From Nitrospirota bacterium (GTDB lineage Bacteria > Nitrospirota > Nitrospiria > Nitrospirales > Nitrospiraceae), in NCBI GenBank assembly GCA_963703955.1, contig CAVPGK010000006.1:128001-192000 (forward strand): a stretch of DNA of 64,000 bases, written 5' to 3'. Position numbers and translations under genes: made by a program. Below the pieces are notes generated by a model. It was given only the letters and a program-made list of their open reading frames with translations, searched no databases and was not told where the DNA came from. Of this stretch, positions 21,170-32,764 are shown in pieces (positions within the stretch are counted from its first letter, which is position 1; the number at the start of each line of letters is the position of its first letter).

Positions 21170-22735
21170 TCACCCCGCCACCCATCCATAGAATCGGTGG
21201 CTCGGCTCGGGACCCTCTTGTTGATAGGTCATCTTGATCCGGCTGAGATAATCAGCCGGTAAGTCGTTACGTGTGGCTTGTACATCGACTCCGAAGATCC
21301 GTGCGGCATTCAGGCCGAATATCTGGGTCTTCACATCGCGGGTGAGGGGACGATACCCCTTTTGTTCAATGAGTCGATCAGGAATGTGGAACCGGCGAAA
21401 GGCCTCGATCTGCCACTGCGGGGTACCGTACCAGATAGAGTCCGTGCCCCAGAGGACGTGATCCGCGCCGAATGCTGAGATGATCTCACCAAGAAGATGC
21501 GCGCAGATTTCCGGATAAGTGATCACCAACTGGCCGAAGGTTGAGCCCAGTTCCATGTAAATGTTGGTGATCCCGGGCTCCGCCTGCTTCATGCGGCAGA
21601 ACTCGCTGGTCCAGGGGATCTGACCTGTTTGAGCGAACACGTCCTCGACTGACGCGGCGCTTCGGAACCCCGAATGGTAGACCAGGAATATGATATCCGG
21701 AAAATCCTTGGCCGCTTGGATCAAATCACGGGGATGGTTATAGTCTTCAACAGGTCCCAAGGGCAGCCCTTTATGAATGCACACGCGTGGGATCTTCAAG
21801 GCTCGCGCCTTCTCCAACATCGGATAGGCGACCTGCTCGTCATTCATCCACCATCCCTGTTCAATCCCCTTTGGTGGCGATCCCGTGTAGCATTTCCAGG
21901 CATCGATCTTCAGTAATCCCGCTTGCATGTCCATGAAATCCAGGTCGGCTCTTCCCAGTTGCGGCGTGACAAGACCATGGGCCAGCATGCGCTGCGACCC
22001 GGTCACTCGATTGATTTCATCGCGGATATGCGCCATCTCTTTCGGCGGGACCACGGCCTCCTGCGGATAGGGCCCGGGGGGCGTGCTGATCAAGGCCAGA
22101 GAGGTTTCACTATCAAGGAACACCTCTTTGACGAAGTTTTCCCAGCCCAGGTCAGCGAGAGTGCCACGATCTTCAGCCAACTTTGGGTTCAGTCCTCCTT
22201 CGCGTGCCCGTTTGCGGAGCCCCAGGATGGCCTGCTTGGTAACCGCGCCCTTGCGCCTCATCTCTGCATCGTTCGGATCATATCCCGCGGCGACGTAGTG
22301 TGTTTGGACATCGAAAATAAAAAAAGCCTCACCTTGCCGTTCGTGGAAAGCCGCGGCCTCCGCCATCTCGATCTGCTGCACATCAAAAAACTTGCCGAAC
22401 ACAGCATTCATCGCCAATAGAGCGGCCGCCATGCCGCCGGTCCTTATGAGAAAATCGCGGCGGGTGATTCCCAGCTTCCGGCTCGCGCGCTCCGCGATTG
22501 AATCTATCAGGGATTCAACATGGGCCTGCGCTTCCGTTTGCGGCGGCGGGAGAAACTCTTCATTGGAGACAATACGGGTCGGGAGAGGCGACCGGAAAGT
22601 TCCACCTCGTCGCAGCCCTCTCTTGTGAGGCTTGACCGTCAAGCGAAGATGATGATTCATTATGGCCCCTTCCCATCCCGTCTGCGGCGATGAGTAGATT
22701 CTGTGGAAACGGTTCAGCCCTGTCAAGCCATGCAA
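21170..22735 (-). CDS. amidohydrolase family protein (start may be ~22660)
   Basis: DVQTH, IHKG, YHSG, WGTDSIW, IFGLNAAR. Confidence 0.88.
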   Translation of the reverse strand: MHGLTGLNRFHRIYSSPQTGWEGAIMNHHLRLTVKPHKRGLRRGGTFRSPLPTRIVSNEEFLPPPQTEAQAHVESLIDSIAERASRKLGITRRDFLIRTGGMAAALLAMNAVFGKFFDVQQIEMAEAAAFHERQGEAFFIFDVQTHYVAAGYDPNDAEMRRKGAVTKQAILGLRKRAREGGLNPKLAEDRGTLADLGWENFVKEVFLDSETSLALISTPPGPYPQEAVVPPKEMAHIRDEINRVTGSQRMLAHGLVTPQLGRADLDFMDMQAGLLKIDAWKCYTGSPPKGIEQGWWMNDEQVAYPMLEKARALKIPRVCIHKGLPLGPVEDYNHPRDLIQAAKDFPDIIFLVYHSGFRSAASVEDVFAQTGQIPWTSEFCRMKQAEPGITNIYMELGSTFGQLVITYPEICAHLLGEIISAFGADHVLWGTDSIWYGTPQWQIEAFRRFHIPDRLIEQKGYRPLTRDVKTQIFGLNAARIFGVDVQATRNDLPADYLSRIKMTYQQEGPEPSHRFYGWVAG

Positions 22736-22940
22736 AGGACACGTGCCCTACGTAATTAGTCCCCGCTTGACGATTCTATCGACGAGGCGCATGCTATTGT
22801 GGCCACGCTGGGAGGCTTGCCATGAATTCGGTAAGTCTTCTCGATCGTTGTTTCAAGAGTCCCTTTTCTGACGCCTTCTTGGGTCGGTGTACCCTGGAAG
22901 GCGTTTTTGTTTGTATGGTTTTCACGAAAGGAGGCGCGCC

Positions 22941-23297
22941 ATGAAAGCATTCTTCATTGCACTGGCCGTCATCATCGGAGTGGGATTCAGTGTTTCTCTT
23001 GCGCTCGGAAACCCGGCCCTGCTCCCGAAGCATCCGGGCTATCCGGCTGGGCAGGCGGTATCCCCCGTGACCGGGCAATCATTGGCCAATGATCCGGGTC
23101 AGACGAATGTGGGAGGAGACAAGGCGCTCTTGGAAGCCGCGGCCTCTGAAGACGCGCATGTGTCCCAACAACTCATGGACCCGGAGGATCAGCGTATCTT
23201 GGAAAAACCCGGTGCGGGCGTACTCCCGAAGGTGCAAGGCCCCCAAATCAAGATTGAACCCCCGGTGAAGGAAGCAACCAAGATGTCGAAACAGTGA
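22941..23297 (+). CDS. exported hypothetical protein
   Basis: RBS aaggagg, signal peptide, NPALLPKHPGYP. Confidence 0.75.
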   Translation: MKAFFIALAVIIGVGFSVSLALGNPALLPKHPGYPAGQAVSPVTGQSLANDPGQTNVGGDKALLEAAASEDAHVSQQLMDPEDQRILEKPGAGVLPKVQGPQIKIEPPVKEATKMSKQ

Positions 23298-23380
23298 GGG
23301 CAGGGACACGGGAGGGTGCTATGCGGCGCCCTCTCGTGTGATCTTGATGTTGATCGCTGAAACGAACTGGGGGGAGAACG

Positions 23381-26335
23381 TTACTTCGTGAGAAGAGGAA
23401 CGTTGACGTCGAAGGTCGGATCACCGCTATCGTCTTTGCGGTCTCTTCCCACGCTGTACAAGCGACTTTGCGCGACATTCAACAGCATGGGCAGTTCGGT
23501 AAAGGGATCAAAAAATGACGGGCCTGCCTGGGCCACCTTCGCCATGATCTGCTGCTCCAAGGAGATTCCGCGCAGGCGAGCTTGGAGTCCAGCTAATCGG
23601 AGACGCGCATCGGTCTCCATGATCACCCCAATCTGCCGGTCCCACTCAGGCGCGGGCTCGGTGCGGAGCAGATTATCCAGCGGGTTGACAAAGGAATCCA
23701 CTCGACTTCGCGCAGGCGTCCGGGCAAAATCATAGAGCTTCGGAGGGGTAGTACTCCCAGTCTGCGGGCTCTTGATCAGGGCATCATAATACTTGGCATA
23801 GGCATTCAGCGTCCGCTGTTTCGGCACCGGCATCTTTTTCACCGCGATCGTGACGGCGGAGTCGACGTCGGCACGCGCGCGAATCCGGCGCTCCGCTCGT
23901 TTGACTTCCAGCATGAACTCATTTTGCATCGGCCAGCGCAGAGCCCGTTCATCGGGGTCTAACGGACGGGCCAATCTCATCATACGATTCAACGCCCTGT
24001 TCTCCAATGTCCCGCGATTCAAGAGCCCTGACATGACGGAAACGTCGTCCTTGACGGCTTCGGCAGCCATGGACTTCATCGACAGAGTTCGTGCCTGAGC
24101 CAGGACATTTCGCCAAGCCGTGAGGTCAGCTTCCAGTCGGTCGAGCCCTCTGCTGACATCTTGCGAGAAGCCTTCAGCGACATACAGACGGTGGACGCGC
24201 AGAATATGCGCGCAATCTGGGCTTCCCATGTACCCGTATCCCCAGTCGTCAAATGACATGGCGAGCCATTGACGATACCGAGTCAAGGCAACCGACTCCG
24301 AAGCAGTCCATTCACGAAGACGGTCATCTTCATTCTTGAACTCTCCAGCCGGATCGGCGGATCGGAACCAGCCGGAAAGGGGGTATTTCTCTTCTGAACC
24401 CACTTCCGGTTGAGCGCAACTCTCCTCGATCTGGGTCCCAGGGCTGAGCCAGCGATCATGGCCCACCTGTACCGGATCAACCTGAGGGCTGGCGTCGAAG
24501 CCGAGCAGGAGCAAGTACCCATTGGCCTTGGGGTCTTCTAACAGTCGTGGCGCCGTAGTTTTTGTCAGCTCTTGATAGACGCTGTTCGGTTTCTCTTCGA
24601 GGCCTAACCATACGACTGCGGTGATTCCTACGCTAAGCAGAGCCAGGACCGCAAGGCTCGCGCTCACGAACATGATCAGACGGGTCACAGAGCCTGCGGT
24701 CCTGACACACCGTCGGATAAAGATAGACACCTGGAGGCGCACCCACGTGACAAGTGACGGACCGGTTTTGCGACGACGTCTGGGAGGCACCGGCGCGGTT
24801 CGATGTCGGTCGTCTTCCCTGATGGCTGAGGGATGCTCCGCGGGAGCCCTCTGCCCTTCGGTGTAACTGGGCGGGGGGGGTATCGCCGGCGATTGAACCG
24901 AGACCTGCTCCGTCCTTTGGAATGGCTCTACTGGTGCTTCCTGGACGGTCTGTTGAATCGTAATCGGCTCCGTCGGCTCTGGTGAGACCCGCTCGACCGT
25001 CTCCTCCAGCGGCTTCTCGGGTTCCGACGAGACGAGTGGCCGTGGCAGCGGCTCTTCGACGGGCCGTTGGAAGATGTCCGTCTCTTGCAGGGTCGGGGTC
25101 GGGGTTGGTGGCGGGGCCGGGGCTAGGGTTGGTGCCGGCCCCTGCGTGATATCCCTGTTTTCCGTGGATTCGACCGACCTCAGTGCAGGCTCTTCCCCCT
25201 TATCCCAGAAGGGTCTGGCCTCTAGAGCTTCCTCAGACTGATGAGCGGAGCCACTGACAGGGGCAGGCTGAGTTGGCGACAGTCCCTCGGCCACGGAGGC
25301 AGACGGAGGCATTTGGTTGACAGGAGGGAACGGGACTTTTTCCTCAAGATCAGGATTTTCAACGGGAGGTGATTCGGACGTCTCCTGGTCAACCGGTGTG
25401 GCAATTCGCAGAGGCGAGGACACCATCGGTTCATCAGTGGTGATCTCCATGGGAGCGGGCTGGGGAGCCGTTACTCCAGCCACTGTCGCATAGCGCAGGG
25501 GAGGAGAGACCAACGGTGGCTCGGTCATCTCCAGAGGGGACGGCGATGGCGACGCTTCGGTCGTCGCATACCGCAAGGGCGGAATCTCCGTCGGTACCTC
25601 CTCGACTGGTGATGAAGCGCTGGCCTCCTCCGGAGCCGGTGACGGCATCTCAGGCGACTCGAGGTCGACGGCCGAGACAAGCGATTTGGGCAGTACAGTT
25701 GGCTCCTCGACCGACGGGCCTTTGGACTCTACGATCACATCAGATACCGACATGGCCACGGCTGGAGGGGCTTGCGTCACAGCAATAGGCGCCGAAGATG
25801 GCGCAACCGGTATTGCTTCAGATGTGTCACTACCAGAGGAAGAAGCTACCTCAAACTTAGGGGCCAGCCGACCGACGACAAAACTGCCGGGGGCTAACGA
25901 TTTAATTTTGGCGTATAGCTCTCTGGCATGGGATGTTCCGTCGGGATCCGGATCATCGATCAGCACCTTGATTGCCTTCTCATATTCGATCACGGCCGCG
26001 ATCGGATCACCCTTGCGTTCATACACCTCGCCGAGCATTTCAATGAATGGAATGCAGCGTGGACCCACTGCGAGATATTCCCGGAGAAGCGACTCGGCCA
26101 GCGTATAGTCTTGACGTTGAAGGGCTTCCTTCAACAAGGAGTCAAAGGCATTTTTCGCGGTGACCAGGTTACCGAATTTGAGAAGCAGAGTCGCGAGCAG
26201 TCGTCGGCCTTCGTGGTGGGTCGGATCAGCTGCGAGAAGATCTTTCAAAAGGGTAAACGCTCGGCTGAACTTGCCGGCGTTCATTTGTTTCGTCGCTTCT
26301 TCGAGTAAGGATGCGGTCTGGTTACTTTTTTTCAA
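23381..26335 (-). CDS. N-terminal TPR protein with Pro/Glu-rich linker, TM helix and C-terminal domain
   Basis: 984-aa ORF; TPR-like helices, low-complexity middle, hydrophobic segment at ~aa 555-580. Confidence 0.8.
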   Translation of the reverse strand: MKKSNQTASLLEEATKQMNAGKFSRAFTLLKDLLAADPTHHEGRRLLATLLLKFGNLVTAKNAFDSLLKEALQRQDYTLAESLLREYLAVGPRCIPFIEMLGEVYERKGDPIAAVIEYEKAIKVLIDDPDPDGTSHARELYAKIKSLAPGSFVVGRLAPKFEVASSSGSDTSEAIPVAPSSAPIAVTQAPPAVAMSVSDVIVESKGPSVEEPTVLPKSLVSAVDLESPEMPSPAPEEASASSPVEEVPTEIPPLRYATTEASPSPSPLEMTEPPLVSPPLRYATVAGVTAPQPAPMEITTDEPMVSSPLRIATPVDQETSESPPVENPDLEEKVPFPPVNQMPPSASVAEGLSPTQPAPVSGSAHQSEEALEARPFWDKGEEPALRSVESTENRDITQGPAPTLAPAPPPTPTPTLQETDIFQRPVEEPLPRPLVSSEPEKPLEETVERVSPEPTEPITIQQTVQEAPVEPFQRTEQVSVQSPAIPPPPSYTEGQRAPAEHPSAIREDDRHRTAPVPPRRRRKTGPSLVTWVRLQVSIFIRRCVRTAGSVTRLIMFVSASLAVLALLSVGITAVVWLGLEEKPNSVYQELTKTTAPRLLEDPKANGYLLLLGFDASPQVDPVQVGHDRWLSPGTQIEESCAQPEVGSEEKYPLSGWFRSADPAGEFKNEDDRLREWTASESVALTRYRQWLAMSFDDWGYGYMGSPDCAHILRVHRLYVAEGFSQDVSRGLDRLEADLTAWRNVLAQARTLSMKSMAAEAVKDDVSVMSGLLNRGTLENRALNRMMRLARPLDPDERALRWPMQNEFMLEVKRAERRIRARADVDSAVTIAVKKMPVPKQRTLNAYAKYYDALIKSPQTGSTTPPKLYDFARTPARSRVDSFVNPLDNLLRTEPAPEWDRQIGVIMETDARLRLAGLQARLRGISLEQQIMAKVAQAGPSFFDPFTELPMLLNVAQSRLYSVGRDRKDDSGDPTFDVNVPLLTK

Positions 26336-26746
26336 GGTATGCCCCGGCTTTCAAGATCTCCTTTGCAGCACGTAAGTGTAGCACCGGATTGAGATTTCGT
26401 CGAAAAACGATTGGGGAAGACTGGAGGAAACGAACAGCTCGAGTCAGCTAGGCTTGGCCCTGCTTTTGCCCTTTATTGATATCGAATGTTTCACGGATTT
26501 TTCGAGCCAGAACCTCAGGGGTGAAGGGCTTTTGAAGAGGCGATTCCAGGGCTTAGATGAATGACTGCACTCTCGGTGTGTCCGGGCTGTAGAGAACCCT
26601 CATGTCAGAGTGCTCGCTTGCAAACCCTTCCGCCAGTTCTGGTCCGAGAAGGACATCGTCACGCTTCCAGTGATACCTGCGCGATCGACGCGTGGAGGGC
26701 CACAGAGTATACAATCTGTTCCTATTACTCACAGCACGCTTCCTTC

Positions 26747-27064
26747 TCAATTGCGATGCGGAAAGGCGAACCCATCGGGAGATTGCGCTGGAGGATGGAG
26801 AATCATGAATCCTCCGGGGTCCTGATAATCGATCGTCATGCCGTCCATCCGCATCGCACCGCTGGCTTCGATCGCAACGGTGAGCTCGCCATACGTGTAT
26901 ACCTCATCGTCACCATGCGGAGAAGATTCCAGGGTAATGTTCACGGCGAGCCGATGCTCATCGAGATCCTTGAGTGTCAAGCGAACAACAGGATCTTCCG
27001 GATGCTCAGCGAGGAGCGTCTTCAACTTCGCGAGGGCGGAAGGCGTGAGTGTCACATGGTTCAT
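26747..27064 (-). CDS. HesB/IscA-like protein lacking cysteines
   Basis: VTLTPSA...DDEV...MDGMTIDY...GF pattern. Confidence 0.7.
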   Translation of the reverse strand: MNHVTLTPSALAKLKTLLAEHPEDPVVRLTLKDLDEHRLAVNITLESSPHGDDEVYTYGELTVAIEASGAMRMDGMTIDYQDPGGFMILHPPAQSPDGFAFPHRN

Positions 27065-27372
27065 GTAGATGAAGAGGACTCCGACGACTCCCTCAAGCTC
27101 ACGACGGTATGACTCCAGGTGAAAAGAGGCAGCGTACGGCACGCAGTAAGCACAGAGGTGGAATTTTGCTCTCACGGCCAAGGGCCGCATCTTATCAATG
27201 TTCGATCACCGAGTGGTTCCGAACAAAAGGGGTGGGCTGTGTCCATATCCTCGTACGACCATCGCCCGTCCTCTCACGCTGAAACGAATGCCCCGTTCGG
27301 CCATCAGCCAAGGGTTGGGTTTACCCAGACCACGGCTCACCAAATCGACGCTCCTGGAGGTCTCACCGCCCC

Positions 27373-27822
27373 CTAGGCCGTCGCCCGCTTACTTGCCGAT
27401 CCGACCGGACGTACGCCCTCACGCAGCTCATGGACCTCGGCGACGGTCATTTCACAGGTACCGTTGAACATCACACCTTCTTCGATTGAGAAGACAGGCG
27501 CCTGAACAGAGCCATGAAGCATGGCCGGAGACATCAATCTTACTCGCTGCTTCGCGACCACATCGCCCGTAATTTTCCCTTTGCTGACCACCGTCCCCGC
27601 GGTGATCTTGGCGGAGATGACCGCATCTTCCCCGACAATGAGCACTCCATCAGTATGAATCTCTCCCTCGACTCGTCCGTCGATCCGGACCGTGCCTTCG
27701 TACGTAATCGCGCCCTTAAACTCCACGCCTTTCCCGACGAACGCGATAATCTCCTCATCTTTCCCGCCGGAGGCCATCACACTCTCCTTGGCGGCCTCAT
27801 CCAACTTGTCTTTTCCCCACAT
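27373..27822 (-). CDS. bactofilin (polymer-forming cytoskeletal protein)
   Basis: VGKGVEFKG..VRIDGRVEGEI..IEEGVMFNGTC. Confidence 0.92.
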   Translation of the reverse strand: MWGKDKLDEAAKESVMASGGKDEEIIAFVGKGVEFKGAITYEGTVRIDGRVEGEIHTDGVLIVGEDAVISAKITAGTVVSKGKITGDVVAKQRVRLMSPAMLHGSVQAPVFSIEEGVMFNGTCEMTVAEVHELREGVRPVGSASKRATA

Positions 27823-27859
27823 GATAGAACCTCCTTCTGAGTTGGGACAACCTCTGTCC

Positions 27860-28105
27860 TTACATTAGCTCTTCCGTCGCGACGTCCCGTTCCTCGGACG
27901 CTCTCGTTGCGATTCTCCTCACTACTCCGCGTGCACGTCGTCGAATTCCTTCGCTCTCTATTTCCTCCAGGGACATGAACGATAACGAACTGCCGTGCGG
28001 GTCAGATATAACCGCCGCACCATGCTCTCGCGCGCGCAACATCGGCCGGACCGGATCTCCTTGGGTGACCAGAAAACCGACCTGCTGCAAAGTCTTTTGG
28101 TACAT
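27860..28105 (-). CDS. small hypothetical protein
   Basis: 81-aa ORF co-oriented upstream of bactofilin. Confidence 0.45.
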   Translation of the reverse strand: MYQKTLQQVGFLVTQGDPVRPMLRAREHGAAVISDPHGSSLSFMSLEEIESEGIRRRARGVVRRIATRASEERDVATEELM

Positions 28106-28138
28106 GGGTCACGGCGGGAGAATGAGAGCCTACCACTA

Positions 28139-29458
28139 GCAGGATGTTGAAAAAGGCCTTGCCTTTCTCGACATACGTAGTATAACGGCGCATCAGCCCA
28201 CTCACTCCCAAGGAGGCACGATGCGCGGATACGTCAGCGGCCAAGCCATGATGTTCAGCTACCTCTCGCCGGAAGCCCGAGTGCCCGCGACCCATCCCTT
28301 GCGCTCGATCAAAGCGATCGCTGACCAGGTGGTGCAGCGGCTGGCGCCGACGTTTGAGGCGATGTACAGCCGGAGTGGGCGGCCCTCGATTCCCCCGGAA
28401 CGCCTGCTGAAAGGCGAACTGCTGATCGCGTTGTTCTCCATCCGAGGCCATCGGCTCTTCTGTGAGATGCTGGAGTACCACATCCTGTTCCGCTGGTTTC
28501 TGGACATGAACCTCGATGAACCGGTGTTCGATCACAGCACCTTCAGTCAGAACAGCGAGCGGTTGCTGGCGCATGAAGCCGCACGGAAGTTCTTCGATGC
28601 CGTCGTGGGGTATGCCCGGGGAGCGGGGCTGCTCTCGGATGAGCACTTCACCGTCGACGGCACGCTGATCGAGGCCTGGGCTTCGCTCAAGAGTGTCAAG
28701 CCGAAGACCGCTCCCACCCCGACGGCGCCGCCGGATGACCCGGGCAATCCCACGGTCAATTTCCACGGCGAGCGGCGCACCAATGCCACCCATCAGAGCA
28801 CGACCGACCCGGACGCCTTGCTGGCCCGCAAGAGCACGGGCAAAGAAGCCAAACTGTGCTTCTCGGGCCACGCCTTGATGGAGAATCGGCATGGCCTCTG
28901 TGTGGACCTGCAGATCGCGCCCGCCACAGGCACGGCGGAACGGGACATGGCCCTCGCCCTGCTGCGGCGTCAGGCCCGGCGGGGGATTCGGCCGCGCACG
29001 CTCGGTGCCGACAAGGGCTATCACTGCCGGGACTTTGTCCGCCGCTTGCGGCAGCGCCGGATTCGACCCCACCTCGCGCAGGTCACGGGGCGGCACACGC
29101 CGGGCTTGGATGGACGGACGACGCGGCACGGGGGCTACGCGCTGAGTCAACGGCTTCGCAAACGAGTGGAGGAGATCTTCGGCTGGCTGAAGACGATCGG
29201 CGGGTTGCGCAAAACCCGATTTCGCGGCGTGGCGCGTACGCAGCATGCCGCCTACCTGGTTGGGGGCGCCTACAACCTGCTGCGAATCAGTCGGCTGCGG
29301 CCGCCCGGAGCCGCCGCATGAGCCGCGGCGCACCGTGCCCCCAAGATGTGGCCCAAGGTCGAGAGGTAGCGAGAGCGCCATGGGGCTGCTCAACGCACGG
29401 CAGCGAAGTCCAAAAACATCCGACTCCGGTATCAAAGCCGGGTTTTTCAACATCCTGC
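28139..29458 (+). mobile_element. IS5 family insertion sequence
   Basis: IRs gcaggatgttgaaaaa / tttttcaacatcctgc flanked by TA on both sides. Confidence 0.92.
28221..29321 (+). CDS. IS5 family DDE transposase, intact
   Basis: GRPSIPPE, VDGTLIEAWAS, ADKGY, RKRVEEIFGW. Confidence 0.93.
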   Translation: MRGYVSGQAMMFSYLSPEARVPATHPLRSIKAIADQVVQRLAPTFEAMYSRSGRPSIPPERLLKGELLIALFSIRGHRLFCEMLEYHILFRWFLDMNLDEPVFDHSTFSQNSERLLAHEAARKFFDAVVGYARGAGLLSDEHFTVDGTLIEAWASLKSVKPKTAPTPTAPPDDPGNPTVNFHGERRTNATHQSTTDPDALLARKSTGKEAKLCFSGHALMENRHGLCVDLQIAPATGTAERDMALALLRRQARRGIRPRTLGADKGYHCRDFVRRLRQRRIRPHLAQVTGRHTPGLDGRTTRHGGYALSQRLRKRVEEIFGWLKTIGGLRKTRFRGVARTQHAAYLVGGAYNLLRISRLRPPGAAA

Positions 29459-29631
29459 TAATAATCATGGCAGTCGGGTTCCTCTGTCATTGCTTCTTTC
29501 ACGCTCCTAGATAGCCTCAAGCGCCGCCTCTCCGGGTCCCACGTGTTCTCTGTTGTTCTGGCAGGTGTCGATGGTTTGGTAGAAGAATTTATGAACCTGA
29601 CTGATTGAATGTTAAAGATTGGAGGTGCGCC

Positions 29632-29928
29632 ATGGCCGTTACCTTAATTAACGTGTTTTCAGTCCCGAAGGGCAAGGAAGAGGAGTTCGTGAAGTGGTGG
29701 CAGGACGTGAAGGCAACTATCACGAAGCAACCCGGGTTTATGAGCGGAAAGTTTCATCGGAGCGTCAAGCCGGACGGCAAATTCAACTTTATTAACGTCG
29801 CGATTTGGGAAGATGAAGAGGTCTACTGGAAAGCCTACGAAAAGAGCGTAACGCCGATGAAGGCGAAGTTAGCGCAGTTGGGCGTTGAAATGGTCCCGGC
29901 TCTCTATAACGTCGTTTTCGAGTACTGA
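29632..29928 (+). CDS. antibiotic biosynthesis monooxygenase (ABM) family protein
   Basis: VTLINVFSV..QPGF...HRS...FINVAIWE. Confidence 0.85.
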   Translation: MAVTLINVFSVPKGKEEEFVKWWQDVKATITKQPGFMSGKFHRSVKPDGKFNFINVAIWEDEEVYWKAYEKSVTPMKAKLAQLGVEMVPALYNVVFEY

Positions 29929-30012
29929 ATCAACAGCCTTGCCCAATGAGAAGAAGAGAAACTAATTAACTTGTATGTTTACTTTTTCATGTATGAAAAC
30001 ATCGTCAAAGCT

Positions 30013-30160
30013 AACCAGGACGGGATAGATCGGAACTAACTTGGTCGCCGAGACCGTTCAATAGCATGGGTCATCCCGTTCTGCCTCCTCAAGAGCTCGA
30101 ACAGTTGCCTGGGCTGGAAAGAGCCCGCATCATAGCAAGACCGAGCCGCGTGGAGGCGTA
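30013..30160 (+). ncRNA. IS110 bridge RNA
   Basis: Two stem-loops, each with an internal loop and inner hairpin; loops carry tcaatagc (complement of right target flank) and acagttgc (donor junction). Confidence 0.8.
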
Positions 30161-30178
30161 GAGAGAATGGAGGCTCCG

Positions 30179-31131
<953 letters not shown>

Positions 31132-31156
31132 AACTGAACACAGTTGCTATTGAGTT

Positions 31157-31233
31157 GTTGAAACTAACTCTTTTGGAGGGGTTGAAACCCACTCTTATGG
31201 AGGGGTTGAAACCTCTTATGGAGGGGTTGAAAC
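31157..31233 (+). repeat. tandem 21-24 bp repeat ctcttatggaggggttgaaac x3
   Basis: Directly visible; unit lengths are multiples of 3. Confidence 0.85.
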
Positions 31234-32049
31234 TAATCTCAGGGGATGCATAAAGAAGAGAATAAGCCCATTACGTTTAAACAATTTCTTGAAACCGTGC
31301 CTCCAGGTAAGCGTGTTTCGATTGAGTTGAATACCTGATGAAGATTTCAGTTGATGCCCAAACCAAAACCATGAGGCTCGCCTGGCTCCAATTGTCTTTG
31401 GAAACATGAACACACAAGGGCAGCTTGTAATTGATCCGCGCTGGGAGAATGGAGAGCAACTACCATCTTCGCTGGTGGCGATGATTGCATTGCTGACGTC
31501 CTCGCTATTGCGGCGCTGTTTACCTTTGGTCGGTGGGAGTTCGCGTCATTCATTGCACACCAGACGCTGGAGCAACTTTCGCCGGAAGAAAGGCAAGAGG
31601 TGATACTCTACCGCCAACCGCAGGCTCAACGCGATAGAAGTTACAAATCTCCTGATTGTCGAGAGGCAATCGAGCGCGCTGAGAACGCCGCTTCGGAGTT
31701 GGCTGACTACTCCAGGCGTCTTCGCAACTGCGCTGAAGCGCGTAACTATACGGACGACTGCGGAAACAGAGTTTCGCCGGGCCCGGAACGCGCATAGTGA
31801 CTACGAAGATGCGGTTTCATCTGTAAGTAGCGAGTCCGGTAGAGTGGGCGTGAGGCGCCGTGAGGTGGTAAATTGCCGGACGATCTGCTCACACAACCCG
31901 AAGTTGATCGACCGGATTAACCGAGACGGGAAGATTGGAGATGATACCCCTCTTTCATTGAAATGGGTTATATTTCCTGCACCATGGCTGCCAGTTCACG
32001 ATCAATTTCATCAAGCGTTGGTATGGCCCAGGAGCACGCCTGTCGGCGA

Positions 32050-32240
32050 GCTGAAGATCAAAGGCGTGACGATGCACACACTCAGACATAGCTTCGCATC
32101 ACGACTGGTGCTGGCCGGTGTAAACTTGCGGGTAGTGCAAGAATTGGGCGGCTGGCAAACCATCGCGATGGTCGAGAGGTATAGCCACCTGACGCCCGCC
32201 CACAAGGCTGAGGCGGTCGAAAAGCTGACTGAATTTCACA
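32050..32240 (+). pseudogene. tyrosine integrase C-terminal remnant on 5' side of tRNA-Ser(TGA)
   Basis: HTLRHSFASRL...VQELGGW...RYSH. Confidence 0.85.
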
Positions 32241-32305
32241 ACGCTTTTCACAACACTGAGTCGGGGGCGTTCGTGTGGTTCGCTAACTCATTGAGAACTA
32301 ACGCC

Positions 32306-32395
32306 GGAGGGGTGACGGAGTGGTCGAACGTGCCGGTCTTGAAAACCGGAGTCCGGGCAACTGGACCGTGGGTTCAAATCCCACCCCCTCCGCCA
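32306..32395 (+). tRNA. tRNA-Ser(TGA)
   Basis: Cloverleaf with long variable arm, anticodon loop cttgaaa, GTTCAAATCC, CCA end. Confidence 0.95.
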
Positions 32396-32764
32396 CTATT
32401 CAATAGGTTGCGGGCGACGGGCGCAGCCTCTGCCTCGTTGACACTATCCGGTGTAACCGAAAATGTAACTGCCACAAGTAGTTTTCTAAGGGCGTCGCCG
32501 CCTGCTTCAATCATCCTCGCTCGTGATGTTGCGGTGAACATCTAAGTAATTCGAAACCCGTCACCTCCCCCAGGTTCTACGCTGCTTTTGCATCCTATTA
32601 ACCTCTCACATCTGGCTCCGTTCCTATTTCTGACGATCGTTCCGCCTCTAACCTTCGTGCAAGCACCCGGACCATTGGTCCCTTGAGAATTCAAACGGAA
32701 GGTTTGCCAAGTCCTCTTGGAAAACACCGTGGGAGGACAGTTGGAAGCGAACATAGGAAGATAG

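Larger units (their letters stand above)
14811..21192. mobile_element. decayed genomic island integrated in 3' end of amidohydrolase gene
   Basis: 24-bp direct repeat ctcaccccgc(t/c)acccatccataga at 14811-14834 and 21169-21192; integrase remnant inside. Confidence 0.8.

Noticed and set aside
28002..29468. 488-aa minus-strand ORF
   Set aside because: Antisense shadow of the GC-rich IS5 transposase.
31157..31233. CRISPR array (units end in GTTGAAAC)
   Set aside because: Units are adjacent without spacers, are multiples of 3 and lie in a rejoined ORF.
32306..32395. tRNA-Sec
   Set aside because: Anticodon is TGA (Ser), not TCA.
31844..32545. Intact 233-aa integrase
   Set aside because: Only ~60 central residues are integrase-like; the rest reads through non-coding DNA and the tRNA.
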